Source: Phaeosaccion multiseriatum (Eukaryota > Protista > Ochrophyta, other classes). Taken from it: a stretch of DNA of 64,000 nucleotides. The DNA is taken from NCBI GenBank assembly GCA_965112735.1, contig OZ218953.1, positions 3,844,001 through 3,908,000 of the forward strand, in the 5' to 3' direction. A model generated the notes under the pieces. The model saw nothing but the letters and a program-made list of their open reading frames with translations, was not told where the DNA came from and made no database searches. Positions within the stretch are counted from its first letter, which is position 1; each line of letters begins with the position of its first letter. The position numbers and the translations under genes were made by a program. Positions 1 through 12,100 of the stretch are shown here, one piece after another.

Positions 1-1
1 C

Positions 2-349
2 AAGACACCCAACAAGCAGTCGCAGGATCAGACGGAGAGAGCACGGACACCGAATAGGAAAGCAAGTCCTGCCAAAGGGCAGCAGTTTTCACAACAGAAT
101 GGCAAAGGTGCCAAACAGCAGCAGCAGGCTTTTGCCTATTCAGCCTTCCAAAACTCTCCTGATCCCAAGTGCCTACCCATGCCTCCTTTTTTTAGTGACG
201 ATGAGGAGGAGGAGGAAGAGAAAAAGGTCGCATCGCCTACACAAACCCCACGTTCCACACCTGCAACAGCATCACCAATAGGAGGGGCACGAGGACTGAC
301 GGAGCATCAACTTCAGAGCGAGAGGCTCAAGAGGACACTGGGAATCTGA
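2..349 (+). CDS. 3' part of a PNRC/Edc1-like proline-rich mRNA-decapping co-activator (5' end lies outside the window)
   Basis: Open frame from nt 2 to TGA at 347-349; absent from the ORF track because it has no start codon. It encodes FAYSAFQNSPDPKCLPMPPFF (PNRC/Edc1 YAGxxF..SPxPxxLPxP-like motif) and ends SERLKRTLGI* (short C-terminal Leu-rich helix as in PNRC proteins). Confidence 0.65.
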   Translation, partial: KTPNKQSQDQTERARTPNRKASPAKGQQFSQQNGKGAKQQQQAFAYSAFQNSPDPKCLPMPPFFSDDEEEEEEKKVASPTQTPRSTPATASPIGGARGLTEHQLQSERLKRTLGI

Positions 350-1025
350 AGACCTAAGGCCGACATGAGGGCTTGACTCCGGCAGGCCCGAACACTACTG
401 CTGCCCGTGACTTCTCCCCCCTCTTGTGCAGCAGGATCCCTTCCACTGCACCAGCAGAAAGCAGCGGCGGCAGCAGGAGGAGTGTGAACAGCGGCAGCAG
501 CAGCGGCAGCAGCAGAAGTGCGAAAGGACTACCACCACCACCAGCACCAGCAGCAGGAGAGAGAGAAGCCCTAGCTTTCAGCCCAGCTAAACTGGGTCAG
601 ACGCAGAGTGCGAGCATTAGCGGGAAAGCTTACGGTCTCCTACCTCCAGCTTTCCCCCATACTCTAGTGCGACGCTTAGAGGTAAAACTCGGCTGGCATA
701 TAGCTGCTGCTCACCAGAGCGAGAACCCAAGCACCTGCTGCATTGAGTGCCAATGTGGCATTCCCCCCTATGCGCAACGCAGGGCCTCAAATACACACAA
801 CCGTTGATGTAGTAGAGTGTTTTTTTTTTCTTTTTCTTCCACACCCTTCCTGGACTGCAATCGGCAAGCGCCCCGTCAACTCGCGGTTCCTCGGTGCCAA
901 TCGTCCTTTCATCCCCGAGAACATTCCCTTTCAAGCCAATCTGGTTGTAAACCTTACGACCGGACTGGTATAGCCTCTCACCCGCTCGTCCGCGGAGGTC
1001 TCGTGTCCCTAGACGCGAACGGAGC

Positions 1026-1027
<2 letters not shown>

Positions 1028-1091
<64 letters not shown>

Positions 1092-1207
1092 CATATGTAT
1101 AATATATATATATTATATATTATATCTTATATATATAATTTTTATATATATAATATATATATAATATATATATATAAAAAATTATATATATATTATATAT
1201 ATATATC
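1028..1207. repeat. (TA)n microsatellite that degenerates into AT-only sequence
   Basis: Perfect (TA)n for about 58 nt, then interrupted AT-only sequence, in an otherwise GC-rich window. Confidence 0.95.
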
Positions 1208-1369
1208 ATAGGGCCACCCGTCGTGCTCTCTACCTCAGAAAAAGACGGGCCATACACCCTCTAGCGGCTTCAGGCGTCGCGTGTGTGCGTCTCCTCAGCG
1301 CGGCGGACCGCGGGTGCGGGAGTCAAGAGCGTCGGGTGTAGGAACGTCGCGCCCTATTCTCTCTCGTCC

Positions 1370-1948
1370 TACCTGACCAGCGCTTGCCCAGCGAGGGGAA
1401 TGCTGCTCGTCCAACGACCAGTCTACGGGCGCAGATGCCTCTTCCCCTTGTCCCTTCAAAATTGCGGCAGAGCTGGATCTGGAACTTCGTCTCAGTCTCT
1501 TGCTGGTTACCTCTATTCAAAGTCCATGCTTGTCGCAGAAGTCTTCCTCGTCCGTACTCAGTGCCTTTCTGAAGAAGAGCGGCTGGTCGGGATGCTTGGA
1601 GCTGCGTACTGAGAAGGCAAACTCGAATCCTGCCCCTGCCCAGCCCTCACGAACGCCTCGCTCACTCACGTTCTCTCCTTTGTGCCTGTTGCAAACGGGG
1701 GAACGAAAATGTAACAAACAACTTAGATCAGTGGGTCCCGGGAATTGCACTGGGCACTTCGCTCAGAAGAAGCGCAGGTCGTGTGGAGCAGCATGGATGA
1801 TATGATTGGGTACTCACGGGGTTTTGGCTGAGAGATTCGCCTGGCCCAGCTGCAGGTCCAGAGCCTCCCGAGACGCCGCACCCTTCTTACTCTTTGTACT
1901 GGCCTTTGTGCTCGCCCGTGAAGGGGTCTTGGGTGTCTTAGGGTCCAT
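1370..1948 (-). CDS. Hypothetical spliced protein; 3' extent unresolved
   Basis: ATG at 1948 gives MDPKTPKTPSRASTKASTKSKKGAASREALDLQLGQANLSAKTP followed by a GTGAGT donor. Further candidate exons lie near 1670-1685 and 1370-1510. No family recognised. Confidence 0.35.
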
Positions 1949-2238
1949 GACGACGCTGTGAAGCTCTTCAGCTCATAGAATAAACCAGCTTCCCAGCGCC
2001 GGGTAATAGGGATGGGGAAGGGGAAAGTTGGAGAATTGTAGTTTCAGCTCGGCCGATCCGTAACTGTGAATCGAGATGATAGAAAAAAAGAGAAGAAGAA
2101 GATGATATAAAATGAAAATGAATGTAAATGAAGGGGCATGTGGAAGGGTGTTACAGTTTTGGTCACAGCAATATGAATGACCCCCGAAGAAAGCAACGAT
2201 AGCGTTGGAGAAGGAAAGAGAGAGAGAGCCCACCAAGA

Positions 2239-5221
2239 ATGGAGCTCACAGGGGCGCTCGAGGAGTTTTGGCGCCTCGTCAGGGAGGAGATCCTATCGAG
2301 ACCTCTGCCGCGGCCGGGGAACCCTCCTTTGGTGGAGGTGGAGAAACTCAGCGTGCTCAGGCGTAGATTTAGGGGCGAGCTTGAGGTGAGCAATTTCCTC
2401 GACCCCGTGAGACCTGAGGCTCTGTACGGCAAAAACGCCGTTCTGCAAGAGACGAAAGCGCTTCGATGTGATGCTAGGGACTTCGAGCGGCGACTCGATC
2501 AGCTGCAGGCGCAAGAGGAGTGCGAACGGAGAAGGAAGGAAAGAGAGGAGGAGAGAAGAGAGTCGGAGGAGGCAAGTGGCCAGCCGCTTCGCTCTCGCGC
2601 TCACCTTCGTCGAGCATCGACATCAGTGGCAAGAAATACTGGTGGTGAGGGGTCACTGCTCAGAGAACGTGCAGCGGAGGGGGGAGGTGTTCCAAGAAGC
2701 GCCTATGATTGGAGCCCGGAAGCAGAGGAAGTGCTCCGCATTCCAGAGCACCTTCGCACCTTCGCGGCCATTCGGAATAGGATCAGGACTTTGAAGATTG
2801 GTAGGCCGAGGGTGTCCTTCATTGAGCCGAGGTGCGAAAAAGGATTAGCTATTCTTGTAAATGGCAGCCGAGAAGCATCTAAACCTGCCCCCTCCTCTCC
2901 ACTGCGGCCTGTTGCACCTCCATCAGATTCCAAACACTGACAAACCTGAGGCATCTGGAGTTTGTATCATGCCAGCTAGGCACACTGGAGCACCTGCCTG
3001 CTTCGCTGGAGAGGTGCGCTCTTGACAGTGGCAGCTTTCGATACCCGAAGGGGTGATGGTGTAAGTGAGTTGGTGCTTTCCTCACCCACTTCCTTCCCGC
3101 CTTTGTGCCTTCTTTCCACTGCTGCACTCAGCTTGGATGCTCCAGGCTGCCAAGTAAACACATTCAACATGGCCCCAGGCAGCCTCCCAAACCTTTGTCA
3201 CTTGGGGTTGGCTCACTGCTTCATTGAGGAGCCCGAGGTCCGGTGGATAGCGCAGGTACGTACGCGAGCACTGGAGACGATTGGGGTGAGAGCTGGTTTC
3301 CCTCTCCTTGAGGCACATGATCATTGTGCCCTCCTTCTCTCCTTCATGCTCATAACTACCCCGGCTCCTTTCTTACTCACGTCGCTGGGGCCACAGGCTT
3401 GTGAAGGCCTCAAGTCGCTCGACCTGGCCTTCAATCCGCTGGAGGCGTTGCCCACGGTCATCACGGCACTACGCCCCCTTGGTGCTCTACAGGTTCGCAA
3501 AGGGCCTTTCCAGCCTAGCTTCCTCTTCACCCCCCTCCTAGTGCCTATCGCTGACGTCTTTTTCATGCCACACCTTCAGACACTGTCGTTAGAGGGTGCT
3601 CCTGCCTCTCTCCTCCGGGTCTACCGCATGTCGCTCGCCCTGTGCCTCCCCAACGTCAAGACGTTGGATGGAGTGAAGCTAGAGCAAGCCGAGGAGAGTC
3701 GTCGCCCACACGAGACCCACTCGTCCACGTCGCGCCGGGAAGACGCGAGCGAGGGAGGGGATGGGGGCTACATGAAGCACATCTTTGTGCTTTGCAGGTT
3801 GGTGATCTGTGACATTCGTTTGACGTGTATGCAGCTCCTTGAGGGCGGGTCTGCCCATCAGCAACGAACATAAGCCTTCCTTCGCCGCAATCGTATGGTT
3901 TTTCTCCAGTCGAGTTTCAATTTTCTTTTACCTTCTCAAGCCCTCCCCTCTCCTTGCTTCCAACGAAACCCAGGGCTCTGACGAAGGAACGACACATGTT
4001 GTTGGAGAGGGGCCAATGGAGCCCTGAGCACATGGTCCTTCATCGTCCGGTGAGGCACCTCGCCGCTTCAGTTTCAACTCCCCCATCCCTCGTTCTTACC
4101 GCTTCTACTCCCCTCTCCATCGGCTTTTGCCTCCCCTCGCTCTCAGCCCACGCGCTACCCTCGCCTCGTGGACATCTCCTCCCTGGAGCTCGACAAACAG
4201 ACGCAGGCAGATGTGGTGGAGGTAGGGCTGTGCTGTACTGTTGGTCGCACGTACGGTCTGCCAATTCCTTCGAACGCTCTACATGTACTGCTCTTCTCCT
4301 GCCGTTACACACACCTCACTCAGGAGGGCCTCCGAGACATTCACGTGCTGCTCAGACTGGAGGTCGTGAGCGTTCGGCTCGAGCTCGATGAGAGATTGAA
4401 GGTCCCCGAGACGCCCAAGCCCAAGTCCACTGGCAAGCCGAGCATGAAGAGCCTTGTGGTACGTACGGGAGGGCAAGAAGAGGCGAGACGAGAACGGGGA
4501 AGCGCGCGTGTGTATAGTGTGCCCAAAGAGAGCACGTTGGTGTCGTGCGGTGCGCTCTCATGGGTAAACGAGTCTGACGCGAAAGAGCGTATGTATCCAT
4601 GCTTCCTCTCTGCCCTGCTGCGCTGTGGTGGACCCTTCCTCAGAAAAGGGGCGTGGTGCAGGAGAAGAATGCCCACATTCACCCGTCCTTAGAGCGCAAG
4701 GTGTGGGCGCTGGAGTACAGTCTCCCGGGGGGCGCGGCGAGGGATGCAGACAGATGCTTCAACCTCGCAGACGCCGCTTTTCCATCACCTGCCAAGCGTT
4801 TCGTGTGCCGTGAGGCACCCGGACAGCCTACCACGCTCCTCTTTACTCCCAATACCGAGGAGGCAAAGGCGGCAGGGGAGGAGGGAGGGACTCAAAGGGA
4901 GGCAGGTAACGAAGGCGTGTGTGGCGGCGTGCCGGACGAAAGTGCCATGGCGTGGAGCAGGCGAAGTGCGCCCTTTGTGAGTCCTAGAGGAGCGAATGTC
5001 GACTTTGGCCATCAGGACTGTTGTGAGGTTGCCTTGAGTCGGCTTGTGGTGGAGGACATGCTCCGCGAGCCGCTTTGGTGGCGCCTTGTCGAGTTCTCTG
5101 CTCTTTCGCCCCCCCCCGCCCAGGTTGGTTTCCCGCAGGCGGAGCGAAGGGTGTTTGCTACGCCCTCTCTCTCTCTCGGCTCTCCTATGTCTTTCTCTCT
5201 CTCCTCTCTCTTTCTATTTCT

Positions 5222-5271
<50 letters not shown>

Positions 5272-5279
5272 TCTTTCTT

Positions 5280-5310
<31 letters not shown>

Positions 5311-6360
5311 GGGTATGCACTAACCTAACCCTTTCCAGACCGCCAACAAAGGGAAGAGAAAGTCGTCAGCGCGACCGGAGAGCGACCCACCAGAAGCCGA
5401 CGCTGACATGCCGGGGAGGGTGATTGCGCAAGGGTAAGTCAACAAACGATAGGACCTGCTCACCGCCTGAGTGCCGGCTGGAGTGCAAAGTGCAAGTTCT
5501 CCACTGCTTCGAACTCCTACTTACATGCAGTTGTTTTCGCGTCGCTTGTGCTGCAAACGCAGCTCCTTTTCGGTGCGTGAGCTTGTTCGCGACCTGTCGC
5601 TGTCTCGGGAGGGCCGTGCGCTGGAGAAGACCTGCCCCTTCACCCTCGTCCTTCCCGACTCGATGGCCGACGTTGTCATGGCGTCGGCACCAGGCGCAGG
5701 GCCGATACAGCCCCTGAAGCTGTCGGGCAGCATCAGCTTCAAGGTGAGGGGAGGGGAGGGGAAGTGGAGGGGAGAGGAGGGGAGGGGAAGTGGAGGGGAG
5801 AGGAGGGGAGGGGAGGAGAGGAGAGGGGAGGGGAGGAGAGGAAGGGGAGGGGAAGGGGAGGGGAAGGGGACGGGAGGGGAGGGGATGGGAGGGGAAGTGG
5901 AGGGGAGAGGAGGGGAGGGGAGGAGAGGAGAGGGGAGGGGAGGAGAGGAGAGGGGAGGGGAGGGGAGGGGAGGGGAAGGGGAGGGGAGGGGAGGGGAGGG
6001 GAGGGGAGGGGAAGGGAGGGGAGGGGAGGGGAGGGGAAGGGAAGGGGAGGGGAGGGGGAGGGAAGGGGAGGGGAGGGGGAGGGAAGGGGAGGGGAGGGGA
6101 GGGGAGGGGAGGGGAGGGGAGGGGAGGGAGCGGGGAGGAGGGGAAGGAGGGCGAGGGTAGGGGGGCGGAGAGGAACACGGCGGAGGAGAAGGAGGGCGAG
6201 GGGAGGGAAGTGGCGCTTACTGGACATGGGAACCCCTTTTTTTAGCCCCAGCAGGACACTACAAGACTTCGCCCCTGTGACAGACCAACACGATCTCCCC
6301 CCCCGCTGTCTTGCTGCCGTGCCTTGCTGCTGTATCTTCCAGACGAGCCTCAACCATTAA
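2239..6360 (+). CDS. Leucine-rich repeat protein, LRRC43-like (multi-exon)
   Basis: Exons encode LRR strands ([62 protein letters not shown]|TLSLEGAP) and an LRRcap-like [17 protein letters not shown]. The pattern resembles LRRC43 as I recall it. Canonical GT-AG junctions; the last exon (..TSLNH*) is tentative. Confidence 0.6.
5166..5310. repeat. (CT)n/(CTTT)n intronic microsatellite
   Basis: Directly visible pyrimidine tract. Confidence 0.9.
5745..6210. repeat. ~460-bp purine-rich (GGGGA/GGAGG)n low-complexity tract in an intron
   Basis: Nearly pure A/G on the + strand, starting right at the donor AAG|GTGAGGGGAGGGG. Confidence 0.95.
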
Positions 6361-7305
6361 GTAGGCCAGGAGACGCCTGCTGTTCCGGCCAGGAGAGGAG
6401 AGAGGAGCCTCTAAGCGAACTTTCCTCTCTCGCAAAGAAAACGCCTCTCAAGAACATATCATTGGGTGGATGAATTGATGGCGGCCGCCGAGAGAACGAA
6501 AGGAAAAGGAAGGTTGAAATGGATGTACATTGAAAGTTTTAAAAATTGGGTCATCTGCTTAGAGATGGGCACATCAAAGGAAAGAGCCTGTCGCCAAGGC
6601 TCTACGAATACATACGTTATCTTTATACAAGTGGAAAAGTGTGCGCCCCTATTACGGCGGCGCACGTGCATAATTTTTGCAGCGTTCGGAAAGTAACGGC
6701 TGCATGCCAGTGCAGTGCGGAACTGGTACCCTCTACCCATAACATAGCAGCGTTCGGACATACATGAAGCTGCTTACCAGTGCATGAACTAATACTTGTA
6801 CCCTCCACCCCCCCTGTACGATACTATAAAGAGATTCGAAAGAAACCTCGTAAAAGAACTCCCAACAAGTAGTGATGCCAAATGGCATTGCAAGATATAT
6901 AATTTGCAGAGTGCAGTAAATAAACCCCCCCCCCCTCAACATGTAGTAGTAGCAGTACACACGCGTGCGTGCCCCAGCACGGCGCGAGATATCAGAAATT
7001 GTGGTTGCGTAGTATATGCAGACAAATAAATATACAAATCAACACAGGCAATCAATAGCAGCGTTGCCTTTATACTTCCCCCCCCGAGTCCCTTACAGTG
7101 TGGTCCGGGGTTGATCTTTCCCTCTCTAAATATCCAAGTACTTACAAAACGTGAGAAATTACAGGATGAGATGAACAGTAGCAGAGAGCAGCGCCAAGGA
7201 CGCAAATGGCAGCGGCCAAGAGGCATCCCCAGCGCTGCTGCCGACGTTGATGGCCCATGCCAGTCTCCTCTGCTCCATTCCTCACGCCTCCGCAGGCGCC
7301 GTCAC

Positions 7306-7743
7306 TCACTGAGGGGCCTCGTCGGTAAAGCGAAAACCCTGCTGATGCCGTACCAGCGGGGCCACAGATCCACAGCCTCCCAGGCGCGAATTCAGGCTGC
7401 TGCAGTTGGCCACCCTCCGGTTGTTCCCGCTGCCGCTACCGCCGGAGACGCAGAGCAGCGCCTCCCTCTTCTCCTCCTCCATCACCCCCACCTGAGAGAA
7501 GAAGCTGTCCGAGTCGAGTATAGAGAGCAGCCCCTTCTCTGGTTTTGAATTGTGGTCACGCTTGGCCCGCTTCCGCACCGGCCAGACTTCCTTCGAGAGT
7601 CGCTGGAACTCCTCCTGCTGCTCCTCCTGCTGCTCCTGCTGCTGCTCCTCCACCACCCCCATCATCTTCTCAACCTCGGGCGGCACGAAGAACCCAAGCA
7701 GAGCCGCGCTGCACCGCGCCAGGTGCTCATCGTCCTCGCTCAT
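7306..7743 (-). CDS. Hypothetical protein (Q/E-rich)
   Basis: 145-aa ATG ORF MSEDDEHLARCSAALLGFFVPPEVEKMM..., with coding-like composition between two genes. No homology recognised. Confidence 0.4.
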   Translation of the reverse strand: MSEDDEHLARCSAALLGFFVPPEVEKMMGVVEEQQQEQQEEQQEEFQRLSKEVWPVRKRAKRDHNSKPEKGLLSILDSDSFFSQVGVMEEEKREALLCVSGGSGSGNNRRVANCSSLNSRLGGCGSVAPLVRHQQGFRFTDEAPQ

Positions 7744-8046
7744 CCCCCCACCTCAAGAACTCAACTGCTTCAATATTTTTTTCTGTTTTCTGTGAAAGCG
7801 CTATGGAGGGAGCAAAGACCAGGGGGCAGAAGGTCCTTGATAACCTTTGTATATGTTGTACTGAGCCAGAGGATTGTGTGAAGGAGATGCCCCGGCGCAA
7901 CTTTTGCCTGGTAATTTTGCTGCTGGAAGAAGGAGCCAGTGGGTTCCGGGTTGACATATTCAAATAAATCCCACGTGAAACTTCCATTCAACTTCCTTCT
8001 CTTTTTTCTTTTTTCTCTGAACATTTCTGTAACGTGCGTTGTTTTT

Positions 8047-9114
8047 TTAATTTCGGTGAGGCCTTCCCCGGCCCCTCGCTCTGCCCCGCGGGGGCTGGCG
8101 GTAGTTCTCGACGCTGTCGTCGTCCCGTTCGCGGCCGCCGCGCCTGCCGCCCCCGAAGCCGAAGCAGCTTCCCGCGCCGTCGTCGTCCTCCGAATCGCTG
8201 CTGCCGGCACGCTCGTCGTGGTCGTCCTCCCCGCTCCAGCCACTCTTGGTTCTCCGCCTCGTCCGACTGCTGCCCCTCGCCCCGCCAACCGCTGCGGTCT
8301 TGGCACGTGCCCGAGCTCGGCCGTAGGGCAGAGGCTCACCGCACATTTGGCACTCCACGCAGAGCTCTCCATTGTCGAAGCTGCAGTTGGGACACTGCTG
8401 CTGCAGCTCTGCGGCGTTGGTATCGGGGTTGGGCGCGTTGCAAATCTCGCACAGTTGCTTCTTGCTGCTGTTCTCTGTGAAGAAGCATACGGCACACATC
8501 CAGGAGGTGGCGGAGCTGATGCTGCGCGCAAAGGCCAGGCTCCCCTTCTGACTCAGGGGAGTGTGCGCGCCCCACGCTCGCGCTCCTTGCGCCGACGGGG
8601 AGAGCGGCGACCTCATCCCCCCCCCCATGCGACCCGGACTGAGCAATCCGCCTTCCCCACGTGGGCTTAGCCCCCTCCGGGGACTCGTCACGGCTCCGAT
8701 ATCGTTCAGCTTGGGTACCGTCACTCGGGGAGGACCCCCGGTGCGCCTGGACCGAGCGCGGTCATCGTCGTAGTCGTCGGAGTCGCCGTTCGCTCCTCTC
8801 CAGGAGGAGGGGCGGTGCTCGCCTCGTCCGCCCAGCCTGCGGGGAGAGAAGGCCTGCGGCAGGAGAGAAGAGCTCGAGAAGGAGAGCAGGTCCTCGTAGC
8901 TGATGGAGTCCGGGTCTCCGAGCTGGGCGAAGCGCGTGTACAGGCCCTGCAGCTGGTGCTCCGTCAGCGGCAGCGACAGCTTCTTGGCTGCCTCTCTCAA
9001 GTCCGCTCGAGTCACAAAGCCGGTACGGCTCAGGTCGAACATCTTAGCGGAGGAGGAAGGAGGGAGGAGAGAGGGGGCAAGGGGGGGGGAGATTCAATTT
9101 TTTCAACACGGGGG

Positions 9115-9150
<36 letters not shown>

Positions 9151-12100
9151 ACACGCACCTCAAAGGCCGCTCTGGGCTCCACCCCGCTCCGGCGCAAGTC
9201 CTCGAAGCGGCGCTGAAGCTTGTCCGCCAGCGTCTCCATCTCTCGGCTGTCGAACATGACGCGCTGGCAGAACGACTGGTAGTCCACCCCATTGTCGCCA
9301 TACCGATCGAAAGCACGCACCACATGCTGCAGCTCGGGACTACTCAAGAACACTCCCAAGCCGTCCAGCACCGCAGCGAGGTCCTCGGCCGTTACCACTC
9401 CGCGGTGGCGCGGATCATGGTGTTCGAACTGCCTCGCCAGGCTAAAGGACGAGCCCCACTGCTGGGCCTTCTCCAGCACTCGCTGCCGCACGCGCGCACA
9501 CACCTCGTCCAGCAGCGGGTCACCCATTCCCCTCGTCCCCTGACCCAGCAGCCCCCCCCCTCCCCTACCCCCTATGCCCAAGTCCATCTGTGCGCTTGGC
9601 ATAGTGGCAGGAGGGGGCCATAGGGCTACACCGCCGCTGTACAAGCTCCGATGCGGTGGTCCTCCTGCGGACGGCCCGGCGAGGTGCTGTGGAGGAGGCG
9701 TGGCCAGGAGCAGGCGATACAGCTCCTCGTAGTCCACCATGTGATCGTCGCGGGACTTGAGTCCATCGGCGACCATCTGGGCCTCCTCGGTGGACAGGTC
9801 TGTGGCTCCCAGCATGCGCAGTGTATGTTGGTAGGCCTCCAAGCTCACCAGGCCCGACTGCGCCTCGTCGGAGAGCTGGAACAGTCCGTGGAACGTTCTC
9901 CCCCGGGCAGCGGCGGCGACAATGGCCGTCTGCAGCTTGTGCAGAAGAGGGGCAATGCTGTCCCCGCCGCCGCCCTTGCCTGCCCCCCTCCCAGCCTTGT
10001 CGGAGGGCTTGCCGATATCAAACACCATTCTCAGAAACTTTTTGTAGTCAATCTCCCCTCTGTTCCGCGGGTCAAGCTCCTCCACCAAGTCCGTCACCTT
10101 CTCCGGCGACAGCGTGCCCGTGACGCCCGCCTTGCGCAAGAAGTCAACAAAGCGCCGCTCCTTGACGAAGCCCCTCCCCTGCACGTCCTTGCTCTGAAAG
10201 AAGCGCTCCACATGCTTCTGTCTCGTCTCGGACGGGGCAAAGGCCCACAGTACTGCCGCCGTCTCCTGCATGATGGCGCTGAGTCCGAACAGCGCCGCCC
10301 CATCCGCCCCTTCCCCGAACAAGGCATCATCGTCATCATCGTCGTCGTCCAGCTCGTCGTCAGAGCTGTAAACGCCCCCGCGCCCGCCCCCCGACCTCGG
10401 GCTGGTGGCGTCCGCCAGCGTCCCGTGCAGTAGCAAGTCGCAAAACTCGCGATAGTCCAGCCCCTCCGACCCGTCCACGTCGCACGCGTTAAAGAGCATG
10501 CGAATGTCCCTGTCCCGGAGGGACGCGCCCACCCCCAAGGCTCGTAGCCCCGCCTTGAACTCCTGCGGGTTGATGACGCCGTCTCCGTTGAGGTCGAGCT
10601 TGCGAAACGCCCGCCCCATCTTGTACGAGTAGGTGGTGTGTCCCGTGGTGGGGTTGGTCGCCTTGACCTGACTCACTTGTCGAAATTCCTTCTGTAGCTG
10701 CGCAATCTTGGCGTTGACGCGCGGGTCCTCTGTGATCCCCATGCCGCCTCCCCCCCTTCCTGTGAGCAGCGTGAGCTTCCATGCCCTCTTGACGGCCGCG
10801 ACGATCTTGAGATAGTCCACCACCCGCCCGTTCGCTCCGGCATTGGCGATCTGCGGGGGCGTTACATCGGAGGGGAAGGACAGCAGGGGTCCCACAATTG
10901 GAATAAGGGGGGGGGGCGACCACAGAAGGAAATCAAAAAATCGCCAGAGGAGAAGGAGCAACAGCAAGCACTAGCAGTTGGTGATACTATCCAGCTGGGA
11001 GGAGAGAGGAGTCTCTCACCATGAAGGACGACAGGCCCCTCTCCAAGTCTCGCTCAGGCAAGCCCGGATCGAGTGCCGCCCTCCTCAGCGCAGTCACGGT
11101 CATGCCCAGGCTGAGGCTACCCTCCCTGGCGTGATCCAGAGCCTCAAAGGCAGAGAGCAGCCCGTTCTTGGCCCTCTCGAACCACGCCTTGCGCTGCTGC
11201 TGTGTAAGGCGCCGCTGCGGGGTCTGCTGGGGCTTGTTGTTATTGTTGTTGTTGCCCCGTCCACCGAAAAAGGGATCGTCCGCGAAAGGGCTGTTGCCGC
11301 GAGGGGAGCCCCACGCCCCCGGGGGTCCGCCGCCCCTACTCTTGGCCCCATTGCCGTACGCTGCCCCTCCCTCAAAGACTGTCTGGCAGCGCCGCAAGAT
11401 GCCGAGCACGACTTCGTCTCCCGAGCTCGACCCCGTCAGCTTCAGCCCATGGAACCGCGCCGAGTGGCGAGGACTGCCTCCTTCCCCCCGGGGGGATGAG
11501 CCCTGCCCCACGTCATTGCCTCCCCAGCTCTGGCCCAGCCGCAGCGGTGGCACCCCATGCCTTCCTCCTCCTCCTCCTCCTGCTGCCGTGGCCTTGAAGT
11601 TCATGCCGGTATTTCCGAAGCGTGTGCGGCTCTTCCATGTTCCCATGCCCCTCTCCTCCAGCAGCAAGGCTTCCTCCTCGTCCCCCCCGGGCACACTGTC
11701 CCACGTTTCCCTCGTGGCAAAGGCGATAAAGTCAGCGAGAGTGACCTCTCCCTTTCGCTGCGGATCGAAGCGATTGATGAGCTGTACTACTTGACCTTCC
11801 CGTAGGAGAGAGTCCACATTGAGGCGGTACAGCATCCGCCGGAAGTCATCGACATGAATGGCCCCGTTCCCCGCCTCGTCGAAGAGGCGGAACGGCCGCT
11901 CGTAGTCAATGCCCCCCGCGCCCCCCCCACCCCCCTCGCCGCCCTGCTTTCCCTCCTCCTCAATCATCTTGACCAGGTCCTCGCAAACGAGATTGAGTGC
12001 CTCTTCCGTGGTGCGGGCAATGTCCTCAAGCGTAATCTCGTCGTTGCCGTTGTCGCTCTCGAGCAAGCAACTCATGCAGGCTCCCTCCAAGAGGCGTTTG

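Noticed and set aside
373-973. ORFs 373-807, 617-934 and 743-973 as genes or retroelement fragments
   Set aside because: No RT, integrase or gag motifs; probably UTR sequence or unresolved exons of the flanking genes.
5366-6360. Long Pro/Ser-rich and Gly/Arg/Glu-rich ORFs on both strands
   Set aside because: They are translations of the intronic GGGGA tract, which simply lacks stop codons.
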